DNA of 64,000 bases from Marsupella aquatica. Its lineage: Eukaryota > Plantae > Marchantiophyta. The stretch covers positions 17,704,457 through 17,768,456 of the forward strand of contig OZ316897.1 of assembly GCA_973895155.1 (NCBI GenBank), given 5' to 3'. The translations under genes and the position numbers were made by a program. Numbering within the stretch: position 1 is the stretch's first letter; the number at the start of each line of letters is the position of its first letter. Shown here piece by piece: positions 62,791 to 64,000 of this stretch. The notes under the pieces were generated by a model. The model saw only the letters and a list, made by a program, of their open reading frames with translations, did not search any database and had not been told where the DNA came from.

Positions 62791-64000
62791 GGAAATATAT
62801 ATAGCACCAAAATATAATTACTGGAATAAGAATGGGCCCAGTTGTTTTTACATTTGAATGAGGTTCGATGCTGTTAATTAGGTGGGGTGAAACTGTTTAT
62901 AGTGATCGAGCCGCGTTCTCTGTGTGCGAAGAGATTAGGACGCACAGCAGAGTGGGCCAGTCTAGAATCCAGAAACCGGTGAGCTGCACTCGTTGTAACA
63001 GATTGCATTGTCGATAGCTATATTTGAGAGTCATGCATGGAAGGATTCGAAGCCCCTAAAAGTAATCATGTGAAGGGGCGCGAGATCTGAAGGTCTAAAT
63101 CAAACTGCAAACACTGATTGTCGCGTGACAAAGCCAGGTTCCCAAATGAAGTAATTTAAGTGATTCTGACTTTCCTCGATTGAACGAATACATGACTTGA
63201 CGAACTTGAGAAATGTTTACCGCTCATGTTTTACATGGTGCCCCTCTCACATCAAGCTGCAGTGAATGTTTCTTTGATTTCTTGGTGAATTTCCACGGGC
63301 AGCAAGACAGAATGTGACAGCAATTCGAGGAAACAGCGGCGGGCATTGACCGAAACCACGATGGATATAAAGCTTTGAAATTAACTTGGTAAATTACGAA
63401 ATTTGATTTAGACTTCAGTTTTTGAGGTCCCACCATATGTGAGAGATTACTTTTACTGGCGGCCGCTCACCGGAACTTTCGGGAAATCTTTATTGAACAA
63501 AACTGACACTGAACTCAAACTGCCCAGATACAAGAATGAAGGAGGGTCTCGGCTTAAATTGTCAATTGATAGGAAGTAAAATTTGTAGTGAATTGACGCA
63601 TTCAAGACAGTGAGGCAGGAGGCCTGTCTGAATGCCGGTCTGGAGTACAAATAAACTCCTCATTCAGAGATCTACGATTCGTAGTCCACATTCCTGGACC
63701 ATCGTGACGAGGGAGCCTAGCTTGGATTTTTAAGACTACTGCTGCAAGCGTGGTTGGAATGCCTAAATAACCAGCTTGCCCATATATAGTGCCATGGACG
63801 GAATCCGCACGGGTCATAGACCTGAAAGCTTGGACGGCTCAGACTACAGAGATCTGAAGGTACTGAACATAGCAAATTACGGCACAGCCGAGGATCTGAC
63901 CCAGGTCGATTAACGAGCCATTGCGGATTGGGTCGACAGTTATTCTTCCAGAAACTGCTACCAGTACAAGCTCCATTTAATAGTCTGGTGATTCATGTCT

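Overview
This is eukaryotic nuclear DNA from a land plant with spliceosomal GT-AG introns. The gene families, the F-box type and a mitochondrion-like insert suggest a bryophyte, probably a liverwort (inference). Genes reconstructed by hand: a PADRE/DUF4228-like gene, a GID1-like carboxylesterase with two compensating frameshifts, a LURP-one/LOR gene, a DUF3593 gene with an 18-nt microexon, a PHS1-type tubulin kinase/dual-specificity phosphatase, an MBD4L-type DNA glycosylase, a tail-anchored triple C2H2 zinc-finger protein, an F-box pseudogene and an SPT2 histone-chaperone gene. Intergenic DNA holds decayed mobile elements (two CRE-like non-LTR retrotransposons, a foldback element, possible SINE, Helitron and DNA-transposon relics), many local tandem duplications and a group II intron RT fragment that is probably a NUMT. 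The most notable signal is that the first recognisable SPT2 exon has no start codon of its own and can splice in frame to an upstream ESS2/DGCR14-derived exon, giving a candidate chimeric ESS2-SPT2 gene. Also notable is a pre-miRNA-like hairpin just upstream of the membrane-anchored zinc-finger gene. All family calls come from remembered motifs, not database searches, and exon models are unverified by transcripts.
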